A stretch of 64,000 nt of DNA from the NCBI GenBank assembly GCA_951406725.2, contig OX597818.1, forward strand, positions 1,736,001 through 1,800,000, written 5' to 3'. This document shows, in pieces, positions 1 to 14,044 of the stretch; positions within the stretch are counted from its first letter, which is position 1, and the number at the start of each line of letters is the position of its first letter. This DNA is from Octopus vulgaris (lineage: Eukaryota). The translations under genes and the position numbers were made by a program. The notes under the pieces were generated by a model. It was given only the letters and a program-made list of their open reading frames with translations, searched no databases and was not told the DNA's origin.

Positions 1-19
1 CTTGTGTGTGTCCGTGCGT

Positions 20-270
20 GTTTGAGTGTTCTTCCGCGCGCCATCTGTCGACGAAAGCTTCCCTAGTTAGATCCTTGGCAAACGCTATATTTTTATCGGC
101 GAATTTTTCATTGGAGATTACAAAGTGGGTTTCCCATTGCTTAACTTCAGTTCTCTCCTTTTTCCCCACTAAGACGCCATCTTGTCGTCTAGGTACAGAC
201 ATGTTAACCGCTCGTGTCTGACTACAAATATATTTCTTCCAGCAGTCATACATAACACCATTTCATCGCC
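20..270 (-). mobile_element. Possible degenerate 3' end of a Tx1/L1-type LINE ORF2
   Basis: Minus-strand translation ends ...KDLTREAFVDRWR, resembling the F..RW C-terminus of Tx1 ORF2; no catalytic motif visible. Confidence 0.3.
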
Positions 271-1699
271 TTCTGCTGGAACATAGCTTTATCTACTGCA
301 GAAGGATGATAAAAGTTGAGCACGGCGGGGTTTGAACTCAGAATGCAAAGAGCTGGAATAAATAAAGTAAGATTATGTATCATACAAAGCTAACATACAA
401 AAGTACACAAAAAGATATCAAATCGTTAATAGTGGGTTAGCGATGCAACCTCTATGAGGCTTCTGGAACTTCTGGAAACAAAAGGTAAAACTCCCTCAAA
501 CTACACTATTTTCTTTAAAAAAGAGTGAACATATTGTGAAATTTATTCCTAGTTGCCTTATGTATGAATAAATGTTTAGCTAGTTACAGCTGGAATATCT
601 TTAATTGTAGTCCTGCTCCCTCAAGCCGACCTACAATTAAAGCACCATATTAATTTTTGAATGTATGATACATTAAATCATATCCACCCATGTCGTCGTG
701 ACATTGACAAGAGACAATCAAGGGGTGTAATAGGGCGTACTAATTTTCCTAAATACTAATTTACACAAAAGACCTGCGTGGTTTCTCCAACTGTTGAAAT
801 ATCATCCAAATGTTCTTTAAATCATACACTGTACCTCCATTCCCTACGATTGTGTGCAGTTAAATAAAGAAATTGGTATTCGAAGTGACATAAACAGAAT
901 TAGATACACAACACTAGTTTTAATGAACTGGTTTAAAAAAAAAGTATTCCTGGTCATTGAAAGTTTAATTTTTTCCCTGTAAATATGATTACTCTACAGG
1001 AAATGGACAATTAAGGCTAAGAAAATATGAAAAATGTTCATACTCTTAACATCCGTTGCTGGTTTGCAGAATTCAGAAGAGTTTTGACAATTTGGAAACA
1101 AACAGAACGTATTTTGATACGAAAAATCTATGACACGTTATTAAAGTAATAAAATATGATAGAAACAGCAACCATATGTACCTCAAACTATATTTTACTG
1201 TCTTAAAAGGATACACCTGGATAAAGTAGGTCCAAATATATTACATTTGAAAAAAAGCTAAAATTGGCTTCGGCTCGAACTAAACAGCAACAATAATGAC
1301 AATTATAACAAAAATAACAGCGACAACAACCATAACAACAACTACAATAAGAAGAACAATAACAACGACAACAGCATAATAACTGCAACATTATTTCCTT
1401 GATGTTGAAGAGACTTAATATTTGGTGACATCTAGGTGAAGATTATCAAACGTATCAACATGATCGCTGTTGGGATGTGAAATAGATCATTATACGCAGT
1501 GGGTTTGTTTATCTTTTTATTTCAAATTGTTTATAATGACTTAATATATCATTGACATTGGAATATTAGACGTTAATTCATAATTTCAATGAGACCTAAT
1601 TATATAATTATGAAACCGACAGAATGATGAAATGTTAACTATCAGCTGTAATTTCACAATATTTCTTTCGTTGTCACAAGATAACCATAGATTTAAATT

Positions 1700-2150
1700 T
1701 CTTGTACAATATGGGGAAGTTGGAGGAAAACTAAGTATTGTCTTCTGTAGAGATCAGAAGTTAGTGTATTGACAGCTAGGAGTCGATATAGATTTGTGAA
1801 AGGATGGACACGGAGAGAGATGGGAGCTAGGGGTCAATTTGTGTTGTACAGGGATCCAGATAATATGGGTAGTATTGGAATCAATATACTATTGTGCAGG
1901 TATGGATGTCATAAGGAGACAAAGGGAAGCTAGGGATGAATATAATGAGTCGGAATATGGACAAGAGAGATTTAGGGGTCAAATGCTTTTGAATAGGAAT
2001 AAACAGTAAGTATACAAAAGTGAACTATTGTTATGTAGGGAAATATATACAGTCTATTGTTGTATAGGGAAAATGGAGATGCTGGAGAGTTAGGGATCAA
2101 TACAGTGCTGTGCAGAGATGGACAATATAGAGATAGAAAGGAATCCAAGG
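1700..2150. repeat. Degenerate purine-rich minisatellite (~55-60 bp units)
   Basis: Recurring 'ggagagat..gagctaggggtcaat...tgtgctgtacagggatgga' motifs. Confidence 0.5.
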
Positions 2151-3099
2151 TAATTTTATATAGACTCTTGGCCTGTGAGAAATAACAGCTAAATTTTACT
2201 GAATTACATGTTTACTACTGTAGAACGACGTGATGGTTGAATAGATCTGATCATAGGTCTGCTCCAGTAGGGCTGATCAAGGGCTAAACAACTACAACAA
2301 CGATTATTATTAACAAATTCTACGCCGTGTAAATAACTAAATTTACAGTTTTTGTAATTACGCACTGTGTAAATAGCTTCTTATTTTCCAATTTTTATAT
2401 TCCTGTTTGTTTAATGTATTAGTTCGACTTCAAAATCTTTCGGTCAAGAATAGAACGGCAGAAACGGATTGGATTGAAAAGGTATGGATAAATAACGAGG
2501 CAATTTCTAGAAGTGGGTGCCCAATTGTAATTCATCCGTCACTTTTCTTTGTCACCTCTCACAGACACACCCGGAACAACACCCATAAATCATTAGCTCC
2601 CTCCTTCAGAGTCCGGATAGGCATAAAAGCTCATCAGAACACATAAACACACATTCGTGTTAGCACTCTCGCATACACATGCGCGTGCACACATACACAC
2701 ATAGGTTCAAACATATATGCACAAACGTAAACATACACACATGCACACATACACACACGCGCGCGCACAACAGTAGCGTACTGGCTTCCAACATGCTACT
2801 GAGATGTAGAACACCAATAATAAGTAAAGATCCATTTTATCCCACACTGTTCTGATCATTGTTACAATCTACAAGAGGTGGATACACGTGGTCACTCGAC
2901 CTATAAGTAATATCAACAGAATCCCACTTTACCATCTTAGAAATGAGGGACACATTAGGTAGTGTAATCCGAGATAGACTATATCTGAATAAAAGCTGAG
3001 AGGATCACGGTTGGGACAGCTTTGCTCGTAATTCCACGGGATCAGAGATAACGTTATTATTGGCATGTTTTGTTTGATGGAACTGCACTCACGGTCTTC

Positions 3100-3800
3100 T
3101 TGTGGTCCTCACCTGAAGAAGATCTACGCAGTTAACTTCCTCTTCCGACTGCATGAAAAAACCATGGACAGAGAAGGAAATCCACAGAGTAGAGACGTTC
3201 TGGAAAGGAATTACTGAGTGTAGTGGTTTGTGCGAGGCCTGTGGAGGGGATAAAAGACAATACGGGCGATGAGAGAAATGAGTGATTTGTAAGTTGATAA
3301 TTGGTGATGGGTCAAGGCATGTGGCTAGTGGATAGGGTGTTGCACTCAAGAACGCTAGATCGTGGGTTCGATTCCCGAATCGGGTGGAACGTTGTGTTCT
3401 TGAGCAAAATACTTTATTTCACGTTACTCAGCAGGTGGCAGAATCGTTGGCGCGTCGGCAAACATTCTTTACGGTATTTGTAAGTTGTGGTGGTGGGGTA
3501 AAGTATTTTCTGGCTCAGGGGAGGAAAAGCCGATGTTTGGTATGCAGTCTTTCGAAGGCGGTATGCAAGACTTTCCAAGGTGGCCAAGAGAAATCGTGTG
3601 CCAGATAGGGTAGAATACCTTCTAATATCGGAACAACTTCGCTTTTTTCACCATAAATTGTCGAGGGCGAGGGCAGTTGAGGTGGAGATATTGTTGGGAG
3701 ACACTGCCAAGATACTATTAGGCTCGGTGACCTTGTAAAGAAACAGCATGTACTGTGGCGAGAGTACACGATATGTCCAGATTGCCACACTGCACCGCAA
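3100..3800 (-). mobile_element. Old CR1/L2-group LINE 3' remnant, interrupted by a SINE
   Basis: Frameshifted peptides LYKV..STSTALALDN, LESLAYRLR and STLWISF resemble the post-RT C-terminus of CR1/L2-group ORF2. Confidence 0.45.
3315..3435 (+). mobile_element. tRNA-derived SINE head
   Basis: A box TGGCTAGTGG, B box GGTTCGATTCC, then a CORE-like 'ttcttgagcaaaatactt'. Confidence 0.6.
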
Positions 3801-4063
3801 ACCGACCATTGCTAGATGTTTGGTCCTTAGGTGAGAAGAGACGTATTATACTTGGAACGATAGATCTTTGAGTTGTACCTAGTGGCTAGGTCGACCACCT
3901 AACCTTGGACCACACAAAAACAACAACAATGATAGATTTATTCATCCAGTCTTCATTATCAAAAGATTGCAAAAGGTATTCTACCCCTGAAAGACAAGTA
4001 TATCATGTCAAGCTAAAAAAATGGACAATATTTCAGTAAAATATACCCACTTTTCTTTAATTC

Positions 4064-4513
<450 letters not shown>

Positions 4514-4514
4514 A

Positions 4515-6276
4515 TATAATGCTAAAGCTGACTGGATAAAGCGTGAGAAAGTGAGACTGGATGACGTTGAAGAGCAGAAATGGAATGCAATAGAAATAGA
4601 AGAACTAGGATGAGTTCTTAGGAAGTCTCACAAATGGAAAACCCCAGGACTGGACCGAATTCCTAACTTCTAGCTAAAGTGTGTGACAGAAGTACACCAA
4701 AATTTCGCTGCATCTCTGACTGATGTCATCCAGAACCCAGAGCAAATACCTGCCTCGCTGACCGAAGGAAAAACATATCTTCTACCAAAATCTGAAGGCA
4801 CAAAAAATCCAAAGAATACCGACCAATAACATGTCTTAACACCACTTACAAGATCCTCTCATCCATATTAACTAACAGTATAAACGCTTTTCTTCAACAG
4901 AGATCTATCCTTCCACAAGCTCAAAAAGGCTGTAAAAGGAATTTTTATGAATGCAAAGGTCAATTACTCACAAATAGAATGATTGTAGAGAATTGCCGGA
5001 GCAAAAAGAACCTGAGTATAGCATGGATAGACTACAGGAAAGCGTTTGATAGTGTCCTACATAACTGGATATTCAAGACCCTCGAAATATACAGGATCTC
5101 TCCAATTCTAATAAGGCAGCATGGCCAAGTGGAATACACATCTCCTTCTATACCATAGTAATGAGATGAGTGAAACTAACATCATCATCAACCGAGGCAT
5201 CTTTGAAGGTGACTCCCTTTCCCCATTACTTTTTTGCATGGTACTTATCCCACTCTCAAACAAACTAAATACCACCAGGTATGGGTTCAAAGTTTACAAT
5301 ACGACAACATACCATCTGTTTTATATAGACGATATGAAGCTGCTTGCTAGAAATGACGAAGAGGTAGAAGGGTTGCAAACAACTGTTAAAGAATTCGGTA
5401 ATGACATCGGAATAGACTTTGGTCTTGGTAAGTGTGCTTAAGCAACTTTTGTAAGAGGCAAGCTCAGGCAAACAGCTTTCATTAAATTAGATACCGACAC
5501 TACCATCAAGGAGCTTGATCCACAAGAAAATTTCAAATATATAGGGTAAACGAAGGATGTGGAATACAACATGCTACCATGAAGGAAAAAATAAGAAAGG
5601 AGTATTACAGGTGAGTAAGACTCATACTAAAAACTGAACTCTAAAAATCGCATCGGAGCCATTAACACCCTGGCACTTCCAATAGTTCAATATAGATTTA
5701 ACATCATTAAATGGGATCTTACAGAGCTCCAACGCCTGGACAGGAAAACAAAGAAAATTATTAACTTCTAAGAACATGCACCACCCAAAAGCAGATGTTG
5801 ATCGTCTGTACCTACCTAGAAGTAATTGGGGAAGAAGAATGATGCAGGTAGAACTGCATAAGATCTCCACAATAGCAATGAACAGGTACTTATCCAGTAC
5901 AGAGGACTGGACGCTGTGACTTGTGTGCAAACACGAAAGCAGCACAAAATCACATTCTATTGTCAAGGAAGCTTGAAAATTTGCAAGGAAACTTGGCATT
6001 AACCCCGGAATAGTTGTAGAACATGAAACCACTGTCACAAAGCAAGTAAAATGGTTCAGGAAGACTGCAAAAAAGAAAGGGCAGAAACAAATTGAGGAGC
6101 GGTGGATCTGGAAGCTTCTACATGGACAGTATATATTTCGAAGTCGAAATGCTGATGTAGATCAATCAACAACCCTTCCGTGGCTGAGAAGTTCAAGGCT
6201 GAAAGCAGAGACTGAAGGTTTCATATTGGCAACACAAGATCAAAGCTTGCTCACAAAAAACTACCAGGCTAACGTT
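4515..6276 (+). mobile_element. R4/Dong-clade RLE non-LTR retrotransposon, copy 1 (pseudogenised RT, no RLE end)
   Basis: WKTPGLDRIPNF, WIDYRKAFDSV, GIFEGDSLSPLLF, FYIDDMKL, HHPKADVDRLYLPR, QDQSLLTKNYQANV, with many stops and frameshifts. Confidence 0.9.
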
Positions 6277-8246
6277 CTTATGCGAAGTTATTGACTAGAA
6301 TACTCGCAGAGTCAATGTACGAACACCTGGAAAAAATGGAGTCCTGCCACATGAGCAGAAGAGTTGCAAGCGTAAGTGCAGAGGTACCAAGGATCAACTC
6401 CTGATAGACAAAACTATACTTAGAGACTGCAAGAGGAGGAAAAGTAACTTAGCCATGTCACGGATTGACTATTGTAAGGCGTACGATATGATCCCGCATT
6501 CTTAGATTATGGAGTGTATGAATCTATTGGGTATTGCATCGAATGTTGAACGATTGCTCGGAAAAAGTATGGCGAATTGGAGGACGGACCTCACTGCATA
6601 CGGAAGAAGTTTAAGGACAGTATAAATTAGGAGCGACATCTTCCAAGGAGACTGCCTGTCCCCACTGATCTTTGTACTGTGCTTGATACCACTAACACTG
6701 ATTCTGAGGAAAGCAAAAGCTGGGTGTGTATTCAAAAGCCGTCAGCAAAAAGCCAACCATTTGTTATTCATGGATGACCTCAAACTTTATGGTAAAGATG
6801 AAGCCCAAGTCAGTTCCCTCGTTGATATGGTGTATACCTTCAGTGCTCATATCAGAATGGAGTTCGGACTGAGAAAGTGTGACGTATTAAACTTGAAGAG
6901 AGGCAAAATTAAATGTATGGACAGGCTAACGATACCGTCGGGAGAGGTTATGAAGCAGATAGAAGAGACGGACTATCAGTACTTGGGGATTTTGGAGTAC
7001 TTGCGCAGACTAAGACTGATCCTTAAGTCGAAATTAAGTGGACGGAATAAGATTGAAGCTATCAACACCCGGGCGGTTTCACTCCTTAGATATGGAGCAG
7101 GCGTAATTGCATGGACAGTAGACGAACTAAGAAAGACAAGGAAGTTGCTAACTAGATATGGTCACTTCACCGAAAAAGTGACACAGACAGACTGAATGTA
7201 GCAAGAAAAAGAGGGGAAGAGGACTTATTGGATGCGAACACAGCATTAGAGCAGAAGAAACAACATAGCATGGTATGTAAAAAATGCCACAGGACCTCTA
7301 TTATTAGAAGTAAGAATGTCAGGATTGTTGTGTAGGATGAAAAATTGCAAAGATAAAGCAATATACAAGAAATTCAAAAACGGATGAAACTGAAAATAGG
7401 TGGGTAAAGAAAAGAATGCATGGTCAATTTCATAGGGATGTTGAAGATAAGACATACAGAGAAAAAAAATGGCTGTGGATGACTAAAAGTGATTTAAAAC
7501 CGGAAATGGAGGCTTTCATTTGTGCTGCCCAATATCAGTCACTAAGAACAAACAATATGAAATACAGAATAGACAACACAGCAGAAAGTGATAAGTGCAG
7601 AACCTGCGAACAAAACAGTGAAGCCGTATGGCATATTACCAGTCAATGTACGCAACTAGCCCAGAAGGAATATAAGATACGCCACGACAATAAAGCCAGG
7701 CTTTTCCATTGGACGCTTTGCAACAAGTATGGACTTGACAGAGCAAAAAATTGGCACGACTACAAACCCGAAGGCATCGTCGAGAATAGAAATGCAAAGA
7801 TCCTCAGGGATTTTATGATTCAGTGCGACCATGAGATAGAGAATAGGAAGCCGGACATAGTCTTAATTGAGAAGGAAAACAAACTATGCTGGATCATAGA
7901 TATAGCATGCCCAGCTGACAACAAGGTATGCGATAAGGAAGAAAGAAAAGTGGAGAGATATGACAGGTTAGCTTGGAAAGTAAAGCATTTGTGGTCGATG
8001 AAAAAGGTAGCCCTGTCCGAGCCCTGGGAACAGTGAGCAAAAATCTCGAGAAGTACGTGGAACAAATAGGGGCTGCAATAAGGGTGGAACACTTGCAGAA
8101 AACAGCACTGCTTGTAAGCCCTCGAATACTCCGAAAGGTGCTCGAAAAATAAGAGGTTTTACCTTAGTTCACTGGTAGTGAAAAGCTGACATCGTAGTAC
8201 ATCGCCAGCGTTAGAAACTGTGCAAAGGCAATGATAATAATAATAA
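6277..8246 (+). mobile_element. R4/Dong-clade RLE non-LTR retrotransposon, copy 2 (different family, 5' truncated, complete 3' end)
   Basis: FQGDCLSPLIF, FMDDLKLYGK, CCHC (CRTC..HITSQC), RHD, KPDIV..IDIA restriction-like endonuclease, (AAT)n tail. Confidence 0.92.
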
Positions 8247-8453
8247 TCCTTTCTACTATAGGCACAAGGCCTGAAATTTGGAGTAGGGGGATTGACGATT
8301 ACATCGACCCCAGTACTCAACTGGTACTTACTTTATCGATCCCGCAAGGATGAAAGGCAAAGGCGACCTCGGCGGAATTTGAATTCAGAACGTAGCGACG
8401 GGCGAAATAACGCTATCTCCTCCAGCATGCTAACGATTCTGCAGCTCGCCGCC
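8247..8453 (-). mobile_element. tRNA-derived SINE with Meta-like central domain
   Basis: Minus strand starts GGCGGCGAGCTG, contains 'ttgcctttcatccttgcgggatcgataaagtaagtaccag' and ends in an (ATT)n tail. Confidence 0.85.
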
Positions 8454-8471
8454 TTATAATAATGATAATAC

Positions 8472-8532
<61 letters not shown>

Positions 8533-11223
8533 TGAAAGACTGCCATCTGACCAAAGTACGCAAAGGCCTGAAGATACAAGAAATTCTATTGTACCTGTTA
8601 AAGATAGCCAGGAAAACGATAAAACAACAGTAACTGAAGATCTCGCATTTGCTGAAGAACACAGAGAGTCTATGGCAGAAATGAGGCTGAAAATCCTGAA
8701 TACGCTTGAAGTTGTAAGACATACAAGTATGAATGATAGAGAACCACTTCATAAACTCTCAAATACAAACCAAAATAAAAAACAAATCCAAATTGGCAAC
8801 TATGTAACAAATGAAATAATACAAGAATTAAAACCTGATTTTACTGAGTTAAATGAAATTATTTACGCTTCTGCTAGGGCAATTGAAACCAGCTGTATGC
8901 CCCCGAAAAAACAAAGAAAATCAAACCTGGAGAAGTAAAATTGAAAAAGAGATTGAATTTATGAGAGGGGAAATATCAATATTAAATTAACTAATATGTG
9001 GAAATGATGTAAGATCCAGAACAGGAAGAAAGATGAAGAGAAAATTTGGATCCTCACCAAGAGAAGAACTGATATCAATAAAAGAAACGCTGAAACAAAA
9101 AGTCCAAGCAAAAGCCCAAAGAATACGAAGATTTGAGAAGAGAAACAAGTTTTACAAGCAAAATAAGCTGTTCACATCCAATGCCAAAAAATTCTACAGA
9201 GAAATAGGGAAGGAGAAAGTAACCGTTAAAGACCCCCCTCCCATGGAAGAAGTTCAAAACTTTTGGAAAAGGATTTGGAGTGACAAGAAGACGTACAACA
9301 TAAATGCAGACTGGATTATACAAACTGAAGGATCCTACCAAAATTTACAACAAGCATGGGAAGACATCACAGTAGCAGACCTAAGAAAGGCACTCACGAA
9401 GGCCCATAATTGGAAATCCCCCGGTAAAGATATGGTGCCGAATTTCTGGCTCGCATCGCTCCCATGCGCACACGGTAAGCTAGTTTAGCTGCTCAATGGA
9501 ATTATGAGAGACCCAAAGAAAACACCTGAATGGTTAGCAAGTGGTATTACTTACCTACTCCCAAAGAATAACGAAACCAACCTTCCAAAAAACTATCGGC
9601 CTATAACCTGTCTATCCACCACGTATAAAATCCTAACATCTATCCTGGCGGAGAAAACACATGCATTCATGGAGAAGAACGATATTTTCCCCATTGAACA
9701 AAAAGGGTGCCGCCGAGGCTCTTACGGATGCAAAGATCAACTGCTAATTAATCGTATGATCCTTGAGAACTGTCACAACAAGCGCAGAAATCTCAGCTCC
9801 GCATGGATTGACTATAAAAAGGCCTTCGACAGTATACCGCATCCATGGATCTTGAGATCGCTGGACATCTTCAAAATTTCCCCTGTGATTTCAAACTTCC
9901 TGAAGCACAATATGTCGTTGTGGAATACGAATCTCCAATTATACCACTCTAATGGAGTACTTGCCTCAGAAAATATAAACATCAACTGTGGAATTTTTCA
10001 AGGTGACTCACTTTCACCTTTAATATACTGCATAGCCCTAATACCCCTTACAAGTGAATTAAACAGAACAGGGTATGGGTATAAAATTGCCAATTAAAAA
10101 ATAAGCCATCGATTTTATATGGATGACTTAAAACTTTATGGTAAAGACAATAATGAACTTGAAGGCCTATTGCGCACTGTGAAAGCATTCAGCGATGACA
10201 TCGGGATGGAGTTTGGACTTGAGAAGTGTGCCAAGGCCACTTTCCAGAAAGGGAAAGTGAAGACCACAAATTCAGTCGTGTTAGATGTTGACACAGTCAT
10301 AAGAGAGCTTGAACAAGAACAAACATACACATATTTAGGGATAAATGAAGGCTCTGGCATTCAGCATGCAAGCATGAAAGAGAAGATCAGGAAGGAATGT
10401 TATAGGAGAGTTCGTGCAGTCCTGAAATCTGAACTAAATGCACGTAACAAGGTGTTAGCTATAAATTCCTTAGCAGTTCCAGTTGTTACTTATAGCTACA
10501 ATGTGTTGAACTGGAATATGAGTGAAGTAAAGAATATAGATAGGAAAATACGCAAGCTGCTGAGTTGTAATAGGATGCACCACCCAAAGGCAGACGTAGA
10601 TCGCCTTTACCTTCCCAGAGCCCAAGGAGGTCGAGGCCTGATCCAATTTGAACTAGCTTACAAAACAACCACAATTGGACTGGCCAAATATCTCGAAATA
10701 ACGAATGATTGGATGCTAAAGCTCGTGGAAAATCACGAGAGACGAAAGAAGCTTCATCTCTTATTATAAAAGGCAGATTTTATCTGCCTCCCTTTGTATC
10801 TTATAGAAATCTACAATATAGGATTTCTTCAATTACAATTTACCTAGCATTTTTAAGAGTAGAATGCATCGGGTTTTGCCAGGTCCACTTTTTAAAATTT
10901 CAACCCCAATTAAGCAAAATTTAGAGAAAACTCACATTGTGGTGTATGAGTCAAATGCTTCTCTTAGTATGGGATACAGCACACGCAAACGCACGCACAC
11001 AGTGTGCAACGAATAAAGTGAAAGTAATTCACTTTCTGTAGTGAGTGACTCTTTCACTCTGCCTCCCACTTCCTCTTTACACACATAGACACGCAAATAT
11101 ATAAATAAAATTGTAAGCTAACGTGCGTGTGTGTGAGTGTGTGTGTGTGTGCGTGTCTGTGTGTTGAGGGTGCGTGTGTGTGTGTGCGTGCGTGTGCGTG
11201 CGTGTGCATGAGTGTGTGACAGG

Positions 11224-11736
11224 AAAGTTTTTTAGGACGAATATAAGACCTATATCCAAGTAGCAGAAAGATCGCCCAAAAGTGTATATAGATATTTAAA
11301 TGTATTTATATATTCATCTATACACAGATGTATGTATAATGTGTGTGTATATATTTCTATAGACGTAACCATTCACTCCGCACAAAGTTTTTTAGGACGA
11401 AAATAAGATCTAAAGTTATCTCTAAGTAGCACAAAGATCGCCCAAAAGTGTATATAGATATATAAATGTATTTATATATTCATCTATGCACACATGTATG
11501 TATAACGTGTGTGTATATATTTCCATAGAGGTAACCATTCACTCCATACAAAGTTTTTTAGGACGAAAATAAGATCTAAAGTTATCTCTAAGAAACAGAA
11601 AGATCGCCCAAAAGTGTATATAGATATTTAAATGTATTTATATATTCATCTATACACACATGTATGTATAATGTGCGTGTATATATTTCCATAGAGGTAA
11701 CCATTCAATCCATACAAAGTTTTTTAGGACGAAAAT
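11224..11736. repeat. ~165 bp tandem repeat (about 3 copies) inside the Helitron
   Basis: 'aaagttttttaggacgaa' recurs near 11224, 11384, 11550 and 11716 with matching downstream sequence. Confidence 0.9.
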
Positions 11737-11983
11737 ATTTATATATAAAAGAAAGGTTGTGTGTCTGTCTACTCCGATTTAGATTCCTAACTACTCCCAC
11801 ATTTTGCGATGCAGTTTAACCAAAACCGGGTATCTTATAGTCGTGATTCATATCGAGCCCTTCTGGGTATTAGCGCGCGTCTACGATGAGTCTATGATTT
11901 TACAAATAATTTACCATCATTTTTTTCCATTTTAATGCATATTTTTTAAATAAAGGGAAGTAACTCTCAAACTTCACACCAAT

Positions 11984-12505
11984 ATGCGTGCTCATATGCG
12001 ACGTAATATCACATCAGCAGCATTTCATCACACCCTCCTTGCACTTGGCGAAGGCAAAATACCAGGGGATGAAAATGGTAATATTGCCATCGATTCCATT
12101 TGTACCATTGTTAAAACGCCTTCTGATCTCAGAGATGTAGTGTTCCCAGATCTACAAGCTAATTATCAGAATATGGATTGGATCGGCAAAAAGGCTATAC
12201 TGGCCCCGAGGAATAAAACTGTTCACCATATTAATGAAGAAATGCTAAAACTCATTCCTGGGAAAGTCTATGTATATCAGTCTATCGATACAACTCCTGA
12301 CCCAGAGGACGTCATCAACTATCCAATAGAGGTACTCAATTCCTTTGAGCACCCCGGACTACCACCACACTTTCTCAAACTTAAAGTTGGTGCCCCTATA
12401 ATGCTCATCAGAAATTTGGTTCCCCCAAAACAATGCAATGGCACACGTTTGATCGTTAAGTCCTTATCTCCCACCGTAAACTTATATCAATATTTGCCTG
12501 AATAA
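11984..12505 (+). pseudogene. Helitron RepHel Pif1-family helicase fragment
   Basis: NMR..LLALGEG, AILAPRN, GLPPHFLKLKVGAPIMLIRNL, CNGTRL; lacks Walker A and the Rep domain. Confidence 0.9.
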
Positions 12506-13819
12506 TCATCATAATTCAGTGCAATCATTAACAGTACTTTCAAGCAATTCAGCCCCGAGCAACGCCGGGCAATTCTGCTAGTTCTATCATAAAGGAAAGC
12601 AAAAAATTTGCTATTGATCTCGTGCAGGATACCCAAACTGAACAACCCTAGAGAAGTACGGCAACTATTGTTGCAAAGAAGGTGAAAATAATGGCAACGA
12701 AAAAAGCGCACGAGCAATTGGCTGATAGATGGGAGGAGAAACCTCTGCACGGCAAATATGTGGCCCGCAGCAAACAAGCTGATGTTGACCAGAAGCAAAC
12801 CCATCAGTGGCTACGGAGCTAAGGGCTAAAGGCAGAGAGCGAAGGTTTCATCCTGGCTGCTCAAGATCAAAGCCTATTAACCCGGAACTACCAGGCCAAT
12901 GTGATGAAAAATGGAGCAGACCCAAAATGCCGATTCTGCAACGACATGATTGAAACAGTGAACCACCTAATCTCTGGATGTAAAGTCTTAGCACCAGTGG
13001 AGTATAAATTAAGGCATGACAGAGTTGGCCAATATCTACACTGGCTAATAAGTCGGCATTACAATATCAAAACTGCCGACAAGTGGTATAATCACCACCC
13101 TGAGGTTGTAACTGAAGGAGAAAATGTAACCATTCTGTGGGACTTTCCAGTACATACAGACCGAACCATCAAGGCTAATAAACCAGATATTGTTGTGAAA
13201 GACCAAAACAATAAAGTTTGCTTATTGATCGACATGAGCATCCCCTGTGATCATAATATCTCAGCGAAAGAGTTTGACAAGCTCAGAAAATATAAAGACC
13301 TACTCATTGAAATTGAGAAAATGTGGCATCTCAAGGCGGTTACAATACCAGTGATCGTAGGAGCACTAGGAATGATCAAGAAGGGAACCGAAAATTATAT
13401 GAGAATGATCCCTGGCTTACCATCCCTGCAAGAAATGCAAAAGATTGTCTTAACTGGTACATCACACGTGTTGAGAAGAGCATTGTCGATGTGAGAACTG
13501 TTGCTGCTCATGTATTTTAATATAACTTAAAAAAAAAAAAATTTTTTTAATTTAAAAAATGAACGAACTATTGAGTTTGGTTTAATGGCCTACCAATGTA
13601 TACTATGAATTTCTTTGCCCTAGGTGTCGGGAAGACAATCGGCAAGAAATGGAAGCAAATTTGAAAGAAGAAAAAAAAGTAATAATAATAATAATAATAA
13701 TAAAGAATAATTCATTCATTGGCCACAAGGGCTTACATAAAATTGTATTACGAGACATACAACAACATAAAAGACAAGAACAGGACGATACAATGGGTTT
13801 TACAACATGTAAACAGTAT

Positions 13820-13950
13820 ATTATTTACATTATTTACATTTGACGGATATTTGTCCTCATGTTGTTTGCTGTTAACACAACGCTCCAGCCTTCATCAGGT
13901 GTCTTGGGGAAATTTCGAACCTGAATTCTCATTCCTAAGGTATTTTTCGA
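13820..13950 (-). mobile_element. Penelope-type terminal fragment with a broken hammerhead
   Basis: Minus strand has cac-CTGATGA-aggctggag..cgttgtg; the 3' arm of stem II and GAAA are missing. Confidence 0.45.
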
Positions 13951-14044
13951 TGTTGTTGTTGTTGTTATTATTATTATTATTATTATTATATGTTTGACTT
14001 TTGCTTTATATTTGTACAAGTTGGAACCACCTACCGCATTGTAC

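Larger units (their letters stand above)
10757..12581 (+). mobile_element. Non-autonomous Helitron
   Basis: 5' TC, 3' CTAG, subterminal hairpin cccgagcaacgccggg, inserted between A and T without TSD; excision restores LINE codons K-L-H-S-I-I-K-E. Confidence 0.93.
8533..13702 (+). mobile_element. R4/Dong-clade RLE LINE, copy 3 (least decayed, split by a Helitron at 10757-12581)
   Basis: RT (NYRPITCL, WIDYKKAFDS, FQGDSLSP, YMDDLKL), CCHC (CRFC..HLISGC), RHD, KPDIVV..LIDMS RLE, stop at 13494; (AAT)n on both sides. Confidence 0.95.

Noticed and set aside
11224-11736. Regular repeats resembling a CRISPR array
   Set aside because: Whole units repeat with no unique spacers; eukaryotic Helitron-internal satellite
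11984-12505. Host PIF1 gene
   Set aside because: Partial, intronless and enclosed by Helitron termini
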